A stretch of DNA of 48,883 nt from Chrysochromulina tobinii (Eukaryota), in NCBI GenBank assembly GCA_001275005.1, contig JWZX01003216.1, positions 1 to 48,883 on the forward strand, read 5' to 3'. Below are positions 23,401 to 35,102 of the stretch, piece by piece. The stretch's first letter is position 1. The number at the start of each line of letters is the position of its first letter. The notes below the pieces were generated by a model. The model had not been told where the DNA came from. It searched no databases and worked only from the letters and a program-made list of their open reading frames with translations. The position numbers and the translations under genes were made by a program.

Positions 23401-23818
23401 GATTGCGTATGATTGTTTCTGACTACTTACTGAGTACATGCTGATTGCATGCCGATTGCATGCTGATTGCGTTCGGATTGCGTGCTGATTGCTTTCTGGT
23501 TGCGTTCCGCTTGCTTTCCGATTGCTTCCTGAGTGCGTGCTGATCGCGTGCGGATGGCGTGCGGATGGCGTGCGGATGGCGTGCTGATGGCGTGCTGATG
23601 GCGTGCTGCAGCGGCGCAAGGAACGCGAGGAGCTCGTGCAAGCAGGCGATGACGAGAAGCTTGAGGACTTTGATCGCGACGCGCGCCTTCTCGAGCGCCT
23701 TCGGACAATGGGGCCATGTCCAGAGGGCTTTTCGTGGTTCCGGTCGGGCAACGGCTGGCGCTGTGGCGGCGGCAAGCACTTCGTGTACGATGATGACCCT
23801 ATCCTTGGGGGGCTGTGA
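17446..23818 (+). CDS. triple-AAA+ ATPase of the CbxX/CfxQ-SpoVK type with C-terminal Cys/His motif
   Basis: Three Walker A motifs (GNPGTGKS, GNPGTGKT, GSPGTGKT) and Walker B motifs (LLVDDAH, LVIDEAY, LFIDEAY); NPGLARRF, FGNAGAV, WANGRDV; C-terminal GPCPEGFSW..GWRCGGGKHFV. Introns at 17759-17918, 18086-18458, 18588-18661, 18794-19028, 19123-19384, 19894-20132, 20173-20257, 20321-20525, 20753-21033, 21468-21652, 21778-21900, 21978-22134, 22387-22479, 22936-23079 and 23365-23611 (GC donor). Start codon uncertain. Confidence 0.85.
18111..18413. repeat. intronic 40-bp minisatellite, about 7.5 copies
   Basis: Unit tcggcgcggctga(g/t)gacggctgatgatggcaagccgagct. Confidence 0.95.
20323..20468. repeat. 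intronic 16-bp tandem repeat, about 9 copies
   Basis: Unit gagattgtgctc(c/t)cgc. Confidence 0.95.
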
Positions 23819-23872
23819 TAATCTCCCGATGAGGCGCAATCTCCCGAGATCTCCCGAGCCGTGTCGTCCGGC

Positions 23873-24115
23873 CGATCCATCAGGAGGGGCCTTGATGAGC
23901 CGATCCATCAGGGAGGGGCCTTGATGAGCCGATCCATCAGGGAGGGGCCTTGATGAGCCGATCCATCAGGGAGGGGCCTTGATGAGCCGATCCATCAGGG
24001 AGGGGCCTTGATGAGCGGATCCATCAGGGAGGGGCCTTGATGAGCCGATCCAGCAGGGGGAGGCCTTGATGAGCCAATCTATCAGGGGGAGGCCTTGATG
24101 AGCCCATCTATCGGG
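23873..24115. repeat. 29-bp tandem repeat, about 8 copies, between convergent genes
   Basis: Unit gatccatcagggaggggccttgatgagcc, decaying toward the 3' end. Confidence 0.9.
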
Positions 24116-24338
24116 GGAGGCGTGTGCAAGTTGGGACTGCGGTGTGCGCCGGAGGGTCCCGGCGGTCGTGCGGTCGGGTGTGTGGAGTGCGTTGAGAACT
24201 TGAGAGTCTGTTCCGTTCACGTGTCGTCGGTGGTGTCGCGCGGTGTCGTCGGCGGTGCGTCGTGTGTTGAGCGACAGACTACACTGAGCGACGAGCGAGT
24301 TCAAACGGTCGTCATGAAACCCAGCTTCAACTACTGAC

Positions 24339-27300
24339 TTAAATACCCTGCGAGCTTTGGTGCATGTAGGGGGACCAACATGCGCCCGTCACCCGGTGGG
24401 CGACTTCTGGCGTGGGCGACTTTTGGCCTGCGCGCTCTTGGCTGCCGATCAACCGCCGGCGCGCGATGCGCGAGGCCATCGACTGATCCAAATTGCCCGG
24501 ACCCGCCAAAGACTCGTACTTCATGTGGAAGTCGGCCTCGTCGACTCCAGATGGTGCGTTTCTGTGCACGGTACCGGTAGTGGATGCCGCGGAATTCAGC
24601 AAGGCGCCAAATACCGGCGTGGCCGCCGCAGGGGGGGCGGCGGCGGCGATGTTCTGGGCGATCGCGGCACGCGTGGGTGAGCGCCAAGGGATGTGAACCA
24701 CTTCGGCAGTCTGCGCCTGAGCGGGTGGTACGTATCCGAGCCGATGCTGTAGCGCCGGTTCGCTGACCAGCACGGCCGTCGGCGCACTGGCTGCAGGAGC
24801 GATGGCCGCCGGCACCCTGGCCGCCGGCACCCTGGCCGCGAACAGATTATGATAATCATTAGGCACCGGCGAAACGGAAGGCATGGCCGCTGGCACCCTG
24901 ATCTCCGCCTGATCTCCGCCTGATCTCCGCCTGATCTCCGGCACCCTGATCTCCGCCTCTGCCGCCGCCAGAGCCTCTGCCATCACCGCCTCTTCCTCCT
25001 CGGCTGGCCGTGATGGCGGCGGCGACTGCGGCTCCGCGCTCGTGAAATCGCAGTGCGCCGCAAGCACGGGCACGCCAATGACTTTGCTGAGCTCCTCGGT
25101 GGTTACGGCTCGCACGGCGCGCAGGAACGAAAGCGCCTTCAGCCGTTGGTAGGTCGAGTGCAAAACGGCCACCTCAAGGATCACCGAGCCCGCACGGCGC
25201 GAGAGCACCACAAGCTGTGATGGGTGCACGCCGCCGAGGGCGGCCAGCCGGGCAAGCACCGCCTGCTCTGCCTGCGGGCTGAAGGCGTCAAGCTGCCCCT
25301 CGAGCGTGAGGGTGAGTGTGCCAGCCATTCTGGCGGATGGCGAGGCGAGCGCGGCAGGCGCAGGTGCGGCTGGCGAGGGCAAATTTGCAGGCTCGTTCAG
25401 TCTCGCTCGCAGCGGCTCGAGTGCCTGCTTGAACGCCGCGGCTTCCGCAAAATCCTCACGAGCGGCTGCGGCTTGCATCGCATACTGCAACTCCTCCGCC
25501 TCCGCTACGGTCGCCGCAATCGAGGCCACTGAGGCGGCCGCCTCGGCCCTTGCGACCGCCTCGGCCGCGGCCGCCTCCGCCACAAGCGCCTGCTTCGCCA
25601 CCGCTTGCGCGGTGGCCAAGGCGGCATTGGCGTTGGCGATCGCCTCCGAAGCGCCGGCGACTGCCTTCGCCTTCAGGCTTTCGGAGAGGCCGAGGTTCAC
25701 CTTGCCGTCCGCATTCACAAACGGTGCAAGGCGCATGGCGTTCGGGGACGACGGCGACAGCACAGGGCGAAGGAGCAGCGGCGACAGCGGCCGCTGCGAC
25801 ACAAGAGAGGCGTACGCGGATGTCGTGTCAGACGTCATCTCGGTCGGCGTTGTGGAGAGTGAAAGCGAAGGGGGCTGATGCAGGTGCAGCAGCGAATCAT
25901 GCTGCGCTCGGAGCGTGTGCATAGACTCGTGCCCATGCCCTGAGCTCCACGTGCTGTCCGCCGCCTCCTCGACCACCACGAATTGAGCTCTTGGAGCCAG
26001 CCCGCTGGCGCGCAAATTGGTCTTTTGCGCATGCATGCCCTGCGCGCTGCCTTTCGCCATCGCCGCCGAAGAGCCCGCATCGCTGCCCAACTGCTTTTGA
26101 GCTGCACCTTCGGGGTCTTGGCTAGACGCGTTGGCCAGAGTCGCGTACCCAAAGCCGCCCCCCTCCGCGTCTCCCCCGAACACGACGCGCCTTGCGTCGT
26201 GCGCGCCAATGGCGCCGCCTTGCCCCTCCTTGACGTCCCGAGCTCTCGCTGACGCGCGCGCTCGTGCTCGCCGTCGCAACTGGTCTAAGAGGCGCAGAGT
26301 CGTGAGGCGGAGGAGCTCGAGCGCGAAGATGCGCGCCGTCGCGAGCTGCTCGTTAGTGGGCGAGTGGCCTCCAATCCAGAGCAGCGACCGCTTATTGCTC
26401 TTGGGCGGCATGACTCCCAAATTTGGGTCGACTTTGGCCGGCTGCACTTGGCCGAACTCGACTTTACGGTGCTTGGGATGCTTCGTTGCAGGGCCGAGTC
26501 CCTCCTCCATATGCATCATGTAGTTGAACTTGACGAGCGCGCGAAGCACGGCGGGAAAGTGGAGCTCGCCATTCTCATCGGCTTGGAGCCCGAGATTCAT
26601 GCACGCGCTCAGCACCCAAGTGCGCGGTGCACCCTGTAGCCCGACCGGCTGTGGGATGGCCCTGACAAGGTCGGGCAGCAGGTGGGCCGGGATCCTCTGG
26701 TTGGCGTCCGGGTCGAAGTTGGCCCAAATCTCCGAGAAGAGCTCAACGGCTTTGCTGTCGATCAAGTCGTCGTTGGTGCCGCCCAGGCTCGTAAAGTTCT
26801 CGAGGATCACGGCGACCACCAGATTGAGGACGACGGTCACGAGCACTTGGAAGCTGAGGAAGAAGGGCACGGCCCTCCAAGAGCCATGCTCGGGGTCGCT
26901 CCGCGCCTCGAACATGATGGACGACCAGCCGTCGCTCGTGAGGCACTGCAGGCTGACGAGGAGCGCGTTGCCAAAGGTCTCGTAGTTGCGATCGGCCGTG
27001 ATCTGCTCGCCGCGTCGCAGGTACGTGAACTGCTGCATGCCAAGCACCGTGAACATGAATACCAAAAGTGCAAGGATCGAGCACACGTTGGAAAGCGAGG
27101 GCAGAGAGAGCACCGTGTTCGTCACGAGCGTCTGGACGCCGCGCATGTGCTGCACAAGCCGCAGCGCGCGCAGCACATAGAGCGCCTGCGGCATGCGCAG
27201 CAGCATAGGCGGCAGCGGGACCACGCGTTCCGAGATCAAGTAGAGCACTCGCGACTGATCGACCACGGAGAGCCCCACAAGCTGAAGCTCGAAGCGGCAC

Positions 27301-30300
27301 CACTCGTCGCGAAAGTAGAAGAGGGAGCCGTAGGCGCGCAGCTTGCCAAGCGCCTCGAGATAAAAGAGCACCGTAAAAGCCTCGAGCATGAGCTCGTACA
27401 CGTACGAGTCGGTCTGCTCCCGCGTCGGGTGCGGCGGCTCCGACTCGAGGCCCCAATAGTCGCACGCGAGCAGCATTGCGTTGGCCAGCAGGAGGATCGT
27501 GATGGCCAACGAAAAGTGCGGCGATGTGATCGAGCGGTAAAGCAGCTCGTCGACGAGGCCGACGCAGCCAGTCGTCTTCGGCTTGCGTGGCTTGCCCTTG
27601 CCCTTGAGGCCGCCCACTGACCTCATCGTCTCGACCCACAAGCGCTGGTCTTCGGTCATGGTGGCCGATCCGTCCTTTCGGGCCTTGATCTTGTTGAACT
27701 GGGCAACGACCACGCCTATGAAGAGCTGCATCGCGAAGAAGCAGCCAATGAACATCCACGCGACGAAGAAAATAGAAGATGCCGACATGTCGTTGCGCTT
27801 GCGCGGCCCGCCAGGCACCGAGGGCGAGTCCATGCTCCAAAACATGATCGCGTCCCAATCGTCTCCTGTCGAGAGCACGAAGAGCAAGAGCATCGCGTCG
27901 CCAAAGTTGTCGAACGAGCCAAACGACGGGTTCCGCCAGAGACGCTCCCCTACGAAGGCCTCGCCATCGTCGCCGCCGCCACCGCCCTTGAGCTCGCGCC
28001 GCCGACTCGTAGCCAGCTCCTCCGCAGGAGCCGTCGTCTGCAGCCGCCGGCCAATTGCGGTAAGCAACTGCTCCGGATGCGCGTGGATCAGCTCGAGGTC
28101 CCACGGGCGCTCCCGTTGCAGCGTACGCAGATAGGTCTGCAGCTCTTCAGCCGAGTGCAGCGTCTTCAACTCGGCCGCGAAGCTCGGCCGAGCGGCCAGC
28201 GCGGCTTCGAGCGAGGCAGCGGGCGGCGGCGGCGAGGTGGGCGGCGACGGCGACGACAGCGAGGGCGACGGCGATGGCGACGGCGACGGCGACGGCGGTG
28301 ACGGCGGCGGCGGCTGCAGCGGTGGCGGCGACGGCGTCGGCGATGGCGGCGGCGTCGGTGGCGTCGGCGGCGAGTGCGAGAGACGAGCCACGTGGCGATT
28401 GGGTGGTGGCGGCGGCGAGTGCAGCGGCGAGTGCAGCGGCCCGTGCAGCGGCCCGTGCAGCGAGGCAGACGCAAAAGCCAAGAGCGGCGGTGGCGGCGAC
28501 AGCCAAGCGTGGTCCAGGCCATGGACGTGGTGCTTTTGGCCGGGAGGTGCGCTCGGTGCACTCACGGCCACGCCGACGCACTCTGATGGAAGCTGGCGCG
28601 AGCGGTCGTTACACGAGCCAAAGGTGCCCATGAACAGTTGCATGCCCAGGATAGCAAAGACGAGTTGAAGGGCGAATAGGACCCCAAGGACGTTGATGAC
28701 GGACGGGAGAGACTCGAAAAGTGAGACGAGCACATTCCGCATGCCCGCATTGTGCGAGAGCAGCCGCAGCGGCCGGAGCACCCGGAGCGCGCGCAGCGAC
28801 TGCAGAAAGGCGAGCGCGGGCACCACCTCGGAGAGCAGCGCACCAAGTGAGATGAGAAGCACTGAGAAGTCGAGCACGTTCCACCCACTGTGCAGGTAGT
28901 CGTAGAAGCCATACGCGATCGACTTGAGGATCGCCTCGAGCAGGAAGACAGCCGTGAAGAGCACATTGGTGACGGCGAGCGCCTCGGCGAGCTGTGAGGC
29001 CTCGTCGAGCCGCGGCGTGTCGAATGCGAGCGTGGCCGAAGAAATAATGACGCTCGTCATCAGCAGCACCTGCACCGACGGGAGCTCGGTAATGTAATGC
29101 GCCGCCCGCCGCAGCGGATCGCTCGGTGGAAGGCACCCGAGGGCCATGTCATCCTTCTGATCAATGGGCGCATCGGGCGCGTCCTCCAAGTCCTTCTCCA
29201 TGGCCAAGACCCTCTTGCGCAACGCTCGCCATCCCTCGTCTGGCCTGTCCAAAAGCACGAGAGATAGTGATTTCTTCGCCTCCCAAGCTTCTGAGAGCGC
29301 CTTAAAAGCGACAGCGCCCAACTTGGCCCTTTGGAAAGATTGAAATTCCTTGTTGAAAGACTCCTCAGATTCCGACTTAGTATCCGAGCGTGAGAAACTT
29401 TCCGCTGCCGTTTCTGCCCCTTCCTCTTCTTGAAAGGCGTCGGCCTGCCCGTCGCCGTCCAAGTCCTTGGTGAAGAGCTCGAGCAGTACGGCGATCAGCA
29501 GGTTGACCAGGATGTACGTGCCGATACACGTGGCCGTGATGTAGTAGATGATGGCCGATGGACCTCCGACATTGAGACCGTCGAGCATGGGGGTGAACCA
29601 GACGCCGGTGGTGAGGACAAAGACGGAGAGGAGGGCGGGTCCGAAATAGTCGAAGTTATAGCGCGGCAAGGGCAGCAGCGGCGAGTCTCCGTAGCCGTGC
29701 TCCTCCGAGAACTGGCCGCCGAAGAGCTGCATGCCGAGCAGCGCGAAGATGGTGCAGATGAGGAACATGAGGAGTAGCACGTTCGACATCTGCGGGACCG
29801 CGTCGACGACCGTACTGATGATCTTGTACAGCCCCACCCACGAACGCATGAGGCGCAGCATACGTGCCACGCGCAGCATCCGTAAGATCCGCAGGAATGA
29901 CAGGTTCGTGCCCGAGTTTGCAAAGAGCGCCGTGAGCACGATCTCCACGATGGACATGATAACGATAGTGCCGTCGAGCTGGTTCCACCCGTCGCTCCAA
30001 TAGGCACGGCATCCCATCCCAAACACCTTGAGGCCCATCTCGATGATGAAGATCCATGTGATCCACTTGGCGGAACTCTCGAGCTGCGCAGCGTACGCGT
30101 CGCTCATTCCTTCGTACGGCACGCACATGAGCGCCATGTTGAGCACCACCAAGCCCAACGACGCGTGGCTCATGAGCGGGCCGTTCATCAGCACGGCGAG
30201 CGACGCACGTTGAGAGCCCGGCGCAGGCACGCAGTTGCACCACGGCCAGCAGCCGTCGTCGGCGTGCTCATCGTCGTTGTCGTCGTCGTCGTCGTCGGGC

Positions 30301-32410
30301 AACGTCGCCTTACCTGACCCCTTGCTAGCCTCACCAGCCTCGGCGCGCTCATCGTCGTCATCGTCGTCGTCATCGGGCAACATCACCTTGCCAGCATCCA
30401 TACATGCCGACGGGCTCAACGCCATGTACGCACGGTCCTTTTCTTCTTCTTCATTGTCGGGGTCGGGCCACGGGAATGGCTTCTGTTGCTCGAGATACGG
30501 CGGCGAGGGCGGCGGTGAGACGCCGAGCGCCGAGCTCGACTTCTTTGAAAGGATACGAGCCCATGCCGCCGTCTTGGACGAGGCGGCTGCGGGGATGCTG
30601 CTCGGAGATGGTGAGACGCCGAGCGCCGAGCTCGACTTCTTTGAAAGGATACGAGCCCATGCCGCCGTCTTGGACGAGGCGGCTGCGGGGATGCTGCTCG
30701 GAGATGGTGATTGCCGATCGCGCTGCGCACGCCGCGCTTCGCGAGCTGCCGCTGCACGCGCGGCCTGCTTGGCGATCGCATTCTCTCCAGCCTGCGCCTC
30801 GGTGAATTTCTGAAAGAGAACTGCGAGGAACAGGTTGACGATGAAGAAGCCCCCGAGCACGATGAGGAGCAAAAAGTACACAAGCACGAGCGGCTGGCCC
30901 GTGGTATTGAGCATCGCGTACATGGTGGGCGTCCAACCATCGAAGCTGATCGTTTGGAAGACTTGTATGCTCGCCCACCCAAAATTGTCAAAGTTGGTGG
31001 CGCCGTAGTTGATGTTGTCATCAAAGTAGCTGCATGTCTCCCCCGGCCGGGCACTCGATTTTTGGACTCGAGGGGATTGCAAAAGACCCCAGTGTCAAAG
31101 TCCCGCTGCTGCTGTGGGCTGATGCTCTCCTCCCTCGCGCTCGCATCCGCCACGTTTCCCTTCAGCAGCCGACCGATGGACTCCAGCTCGCGTTGCGCCT
31201 GCGACGCCGGCCCATCGTTCAGGCGGTGCACGAGCCGGTGCACGTTGGGGAGCGGAAGCATCTCGCGCAGTTCGGGGCGGCCAAGCGTCTCTTGAAAGCC
31301 AGGCCACGCGCACCGGTGGTGCAGCTCGCCCTTGAACTGCTCGATGCCAAAGATGCCGCAGACGGTTACGAGCAGCCCGAAGAGCAGTGTGACGTCGCTG
31401 AGCTTGGGCAAAGCCGCCAGGATCGAGTTGACAAGGACGGGCATGCCCGGCAGCCGCTTGAGCGCGCGTAGCGGGCGCAGCGCGCGCACCGAGCGCACCA
31501 CCGAGTAGTTGCCAACCGAAGGAAAGAGGATCGGAAGCCACGCGAGGCTCACGACTACAAAGTCGAGCTGGCACCATGCATCGTGCAGGTAGGCCCCGTC
31601 GTGGCCGACGAAGCCGTACGCGCAGATCTTGGCGAGCATCTCGAAGGTGAAGATTAACAGATACACCCACTCGCATACATCGATGAAGTGAGCTTTCGGA
31701 GTGCCCGGCGGGTCCAGCGGTGAATTCCAAGCCATGGTGACGCAGTTCGCCAAGATCGTGACCAAGATGAAGGCATCGAACGGCGCCCACTCGACGAGCT
31801 TGATGGCCCAGCGCCGCGGCGCGTGACCGACTTCGAGGAATCCGAAGGTCCTTGACGAGTAGACGCGACCGCTGGGCCCGATGACTTCAGTGCACGGCGG
31901 GACCTTGTCGAGGGCCTCGAGACCCTCCAGGTTGTAAAGATAGTCCTCTGGCTTCTCCTTCTCACGCTCGTGGGTCTTGATGCCTGCTGCGCGTGCTGCT
32001 GCATTCATGGGCACACCTGCTATTGGTCTGCCCGATAGTATACTATCAAAGGCGCGACTACGGAGGTACCAGAGCTGCCCACCTTCGATGTACTGGTGCT
32101 CTGGCGCTAGGTCGACTTCTGTCCCTTGAAAGTTCCACAGCTGGGGCTTGGCTGAGTGAGCCTCCTCCACGCCGCGGGCATTGCGCTTGATCAAGCGACG
32201 GTCGATCCGCTCTGTACCGCCCCGGAGAAGCGGTAATGGTGATGGTGGTCCTGACGTAGATGGCGGTGGAGGTGATGGCGGTGGAGGTGATGGCGGTGGA
32301 GGTGATGGCGGTGGTGATGGCCTCGACGCCCCGGTGAAGACGCTGGGGAGGCAGTTGATTTTCCCCTCGCTCAAGCACGCGTCGCTGCCGTCAGGGGCTG
32401 TGTCGACCAT
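24339..32410 (-). CDS. four-domain voltage-gated Na+/Ca2+ channel alpha subunit; intronless, with an apparent frameshift near 31040-31063
   Basis: Four 6-TM repeats with S4 segments (RSVRALRPLRALKR, LRILRMLRVARMLRLMR, LRALRVLRPLRLL, LYVLRALRLV). Pore loops SFDGW / TTGVW / TGDDW / TSDGW. III-IV linker ATMTEDQRLW and C-terminal FSEIWANFDPDA. Split between ORFs 30416-32410 and 24339-31082. Confidence 0.92.
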
Positions 32411-33009
32411 GCGCTGCAGAGGGGCGCCTGTCGAATTCGATCACCAGCATTAGGTCCTCTCTCGAGAAGCGCCCCTCACGCCCAATTTTCTAAGGTCGAA
32501 CACTTTATTAATTGAACTTAATTAAAACAGTTAGCGCTCCGCGACGCGCTAACTCCCCCCAGCGCTCCGCGCGGGGCTCCGCAAAAAGTAATTTTCGGGG
32601 GAGCCGGGCCTCTAAGGATCTTAGGTTCTAGTTGCCACAACACCGATATTAAGCTGTCACTTTGACTTTGTGCGTTGCGACTGAAACTGGTGACAGGTCT
32701 GACACGAGGAGTGCGATTGCTGTACTGTAGCGTGGTTGTGTGGAGCCTATATGCGGCGTGAGCCAGCGGCAAACGCAGCAAAGTACAGTACCAGTAAGGG
32801 GTCAGAGTGAAGTACCTTCCCTCATCCACAATGGAGGTGTGTACTCATGTACATGCGCACGGTTTAGAACCCCGGGGTTCTGGGCCTCGCCGCCACTGTG
32901 CGCACATCTCAATCCTCAATCTACAGAACCCGTTACAGATAACCCCACAGTCCGACGGTGCGTCAGCACTATCGATACTGTACAGTACCGGTATCCACGA
33001 TCCGACGCC

Positions 33010-34230
33010 ATGCAGGTGCGGGATGACTTGCGCCACTGCGTGACCATGCATCCCTCCGGCTGCTTCAGCCGGCGCGAAGCCGACCGTCAGAATCAGAAGG
33101 CTCTGCGTAATCTGTCAGTGGCATTCACGAGGGACGGCATCAACTACTTTACCCTGGGCAAGGAGCTGGCTCAAGCTGGGCCGAAAGCCGTTGACCTGAC
33201 TTTCTCTTACAACATGACAACCGGCGAAGTATCACACGCTGAGTGGGTCGCCTGCGATTGCGATGCAGCCTCTCATTGCTACTCAAAGAGCAGATGCGAT
33301 GCCCTTGCACACTACGGCCGTGTTCCATCTGTACCAGAGTCCCTTGTGATGCCTGATATTGGCTATGGGCATGCGAGTAGTACGCGCAGCATGGTCCGTT
33401 TCATGGCAACGCAGGAGCCATTCATGCTCGACGCGTTTTTGAGAGTTTTTCGCGCAACCTGCGCAACTGCAGATGGTTTTTTTGTGGATTCGGGAGCGAA
33501 CGAGGGGATGTGGACGTTGCTCGCTGCTGCACTTGGCTGTAGTGCAATCGCCATCGAGCCGCAGCCACAGTGCCACAAAAGCATCGCGACGAGCTTGGAA
33601 GCGAACCACTTGTCTGCGCACATGCTGAACGCATTGCTGGCGCCCGATAATGTGACGGTCATGATTGATACCTCTAAGCCCTGCTTCGGTGGTTATCAAG
33701 GATTGAACGCGGAGCCCAAGACGCCGCCACGATCGCAATCGCTGGTCGCTGTTCACTCGATGCGCCTCGACCAGCTGCCGCAGCTCACGACGACAACCTC
33801 GCGAATTGAGCTTTGGCATGTGGACGTGGAGGGGGCGGAGGTGATGGTTTTGCGCTCTGCAGCGGGCCTCTTTGCGCGCAACAAGATTAAACGGGTCATG
33901 GTTGAGTTGGCCCATCACCACTGGTTCAAATATGGAATCGCCTCTATGGATGAAGGTTACGCTGAGCTGCGCACTATCTTTCACGGCTGGCACTGTGTCT
34001 GGGCATGCAACGGATCGCCCTTTCCATGGACCCCTCTCACACGCCGCGGGGTCTTGAGATGTGCAACGCCGTGGACAAACTGGAGTGACCTCGGCTGGGG
34101 TCTTTTTGACGTCTTCTGTGTTGCGCCGGGGGCTGAGAGTGAGACCTATCAAGGTGAGAGAAAGAGTGGATCACGGGCTCAGCGTCGTTCAGGACGTGGA
34201 CGAGGCACAGGCCGAGAGTTGTCCCGCTGA
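33010..34230 (+). CDS. FkbM-family SAM-dependent methyltransferase (start uncertain)
   Basis: FFVDSGANEGMWTLLAAALGCSAIAIEPQP, MRLDQL, WHVDVEGAEVMVL, VMVEL. Confidence 0.8.
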   Translation: MQVRDDLRHCVTMHPSGCFSRREADRQNQKALRNLSVAFTRDGINYFTLGKELAQAGPKAVDLTFSYNMTTGEVSHAEWVACDCDAASHCYSKSRCDALAHYGRVPSVPESLVMPDIGYGHASSTRSMVRFMATQEPFMLDAFLRVFRATCATADGFFVDSGANEGMWTLLAAALGCSAIAIEPQPQCHKSIATSLEANHLSAHMLNALLAPDNVTVMIDTSKPCFGGYQGLNAEPKTPPRSQSLVAVHSMRLDQLPQLTTTTSRIELWHVDVEGAEVMVLRSAAGLFARNKIKRVMVELAHHHWFKYGIASMDEGYAELRTIFHGWHCVWACNGSPFPWTPLTRRGVLRCATPWTNWSDLGWGLFDVFCVAPGAESETYQGERKSGSRAQRRSGRGRGTGRELSR

Positions 34231-34876
34231 GTGGTGAGTGTCTCTCGCGATACCGGGGTATCGTCTACTCTTATACGCGCGGTCCGTACGGGTTAGAAGT
34301 AGAACCCAACCGTGCCCTACCGGCGGACAGTATTTATGTGGTCCGTAGCCGCGCCGACGCGGCCCGGTCCGAGGTGCTGCGAGGAGGCAGCTGGCCGGGC
34401 AGGCAGCTGGCAGGGCGCCCACAGCGTCTCCCGGCTGTGCCGGTCCCCGCATCGTACTTGGCTTTGCGTTGTGCGATCCGCAGGAGACGAGATAGTAGGT
34501 AGTCTTAAGTCTATGCGTTATAGTGTCTATAATCACGTCAATCGGGCGAAAGAGTTACGTCGTGGTACAAAACTACAAATCCCTCCGGATCCTACGCTCC
34601 AGTCGAGCGCGATCCTGAGAGCTGAGTCGAACGGATTCGATGCGTGCGGTTACGATCCGACGAGAGGACGTGGCGCGAGTCGGTCAGTCGGACCGCAGCG
34701 CAGTCTGCTCCTCTCAATCCACGCCGAAGCATCGTCTGCACGGCGCAATTGGCACGGCGGTTTCTCACCTCTCTTCCCGACTCCGATCTCCTACCGATCT
34801 CCGTGTCTCTCTCCCATTTCCCACGCGCTGACAAGTGTGACGTGACCATTCTGCAGCCAAGTAGGGCGGTCGGGTC

Positions 34877-34947
34877 GGCAACGCTCTCAAGTCTACACGC
34901 CACACGCGTTGCTGCGTGCTTGCGGCGTTGGACTCTCATTCCGTGCC
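34877..34947 (-). promoter_or_regulatory. eukaryotic type II SECIS element in the 3'UTR of the 35103-36601 gene
   Basis: Minus strand reads GGCACGGA-ATGAG-AGTCCAACGCC-GCAA-GCACGC-AGCAAC-GCGTGT-GGCGTGTAGACT-TGAG-AGCGTTGCC. This gives helix I (GGCA/TGCC), an AUGA..GA quartet, an ~11-bp helix II, an unpaired AA and a 6-bp apical mini-stem. Folded by hand. Confidence 0.8.
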
Positions 34948-35102
34948 ATCTCCCCTTTCCCCAAGGCTCAAACGGTCGTCGTGCACTCGGCGCTCACAGC
35001 GCCACCACCCCTGTAGTTGATGCCATACGGAGATCACGCCAGATGACGCCAGATGACGCCAGATGACGCCAGATCGTCTCTACAGCCCCTTCACCACAGC
35101 GG

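Noticed and set aside
23873..24115. 29-bp repeats as a CRISPR array or ncRNA
   Set aside because: No spacers; a simple decaying minisatellite.
12078..31790. Many long antisense or alternate-frame ORFs (e.g. 12078-13352, 22411-23880, 26743-28104)
   Set aside because: Shadow ORFs expected in high-GC coding DNA; Arg/Ala-rich with no motifs, and they overlap well-supported genes.
24339..32410. Channel as a pseudogene
   Set aside because: Only one local disruption, which two homopolymer corrections fully repair; the rest of the ~2700 codons is open.
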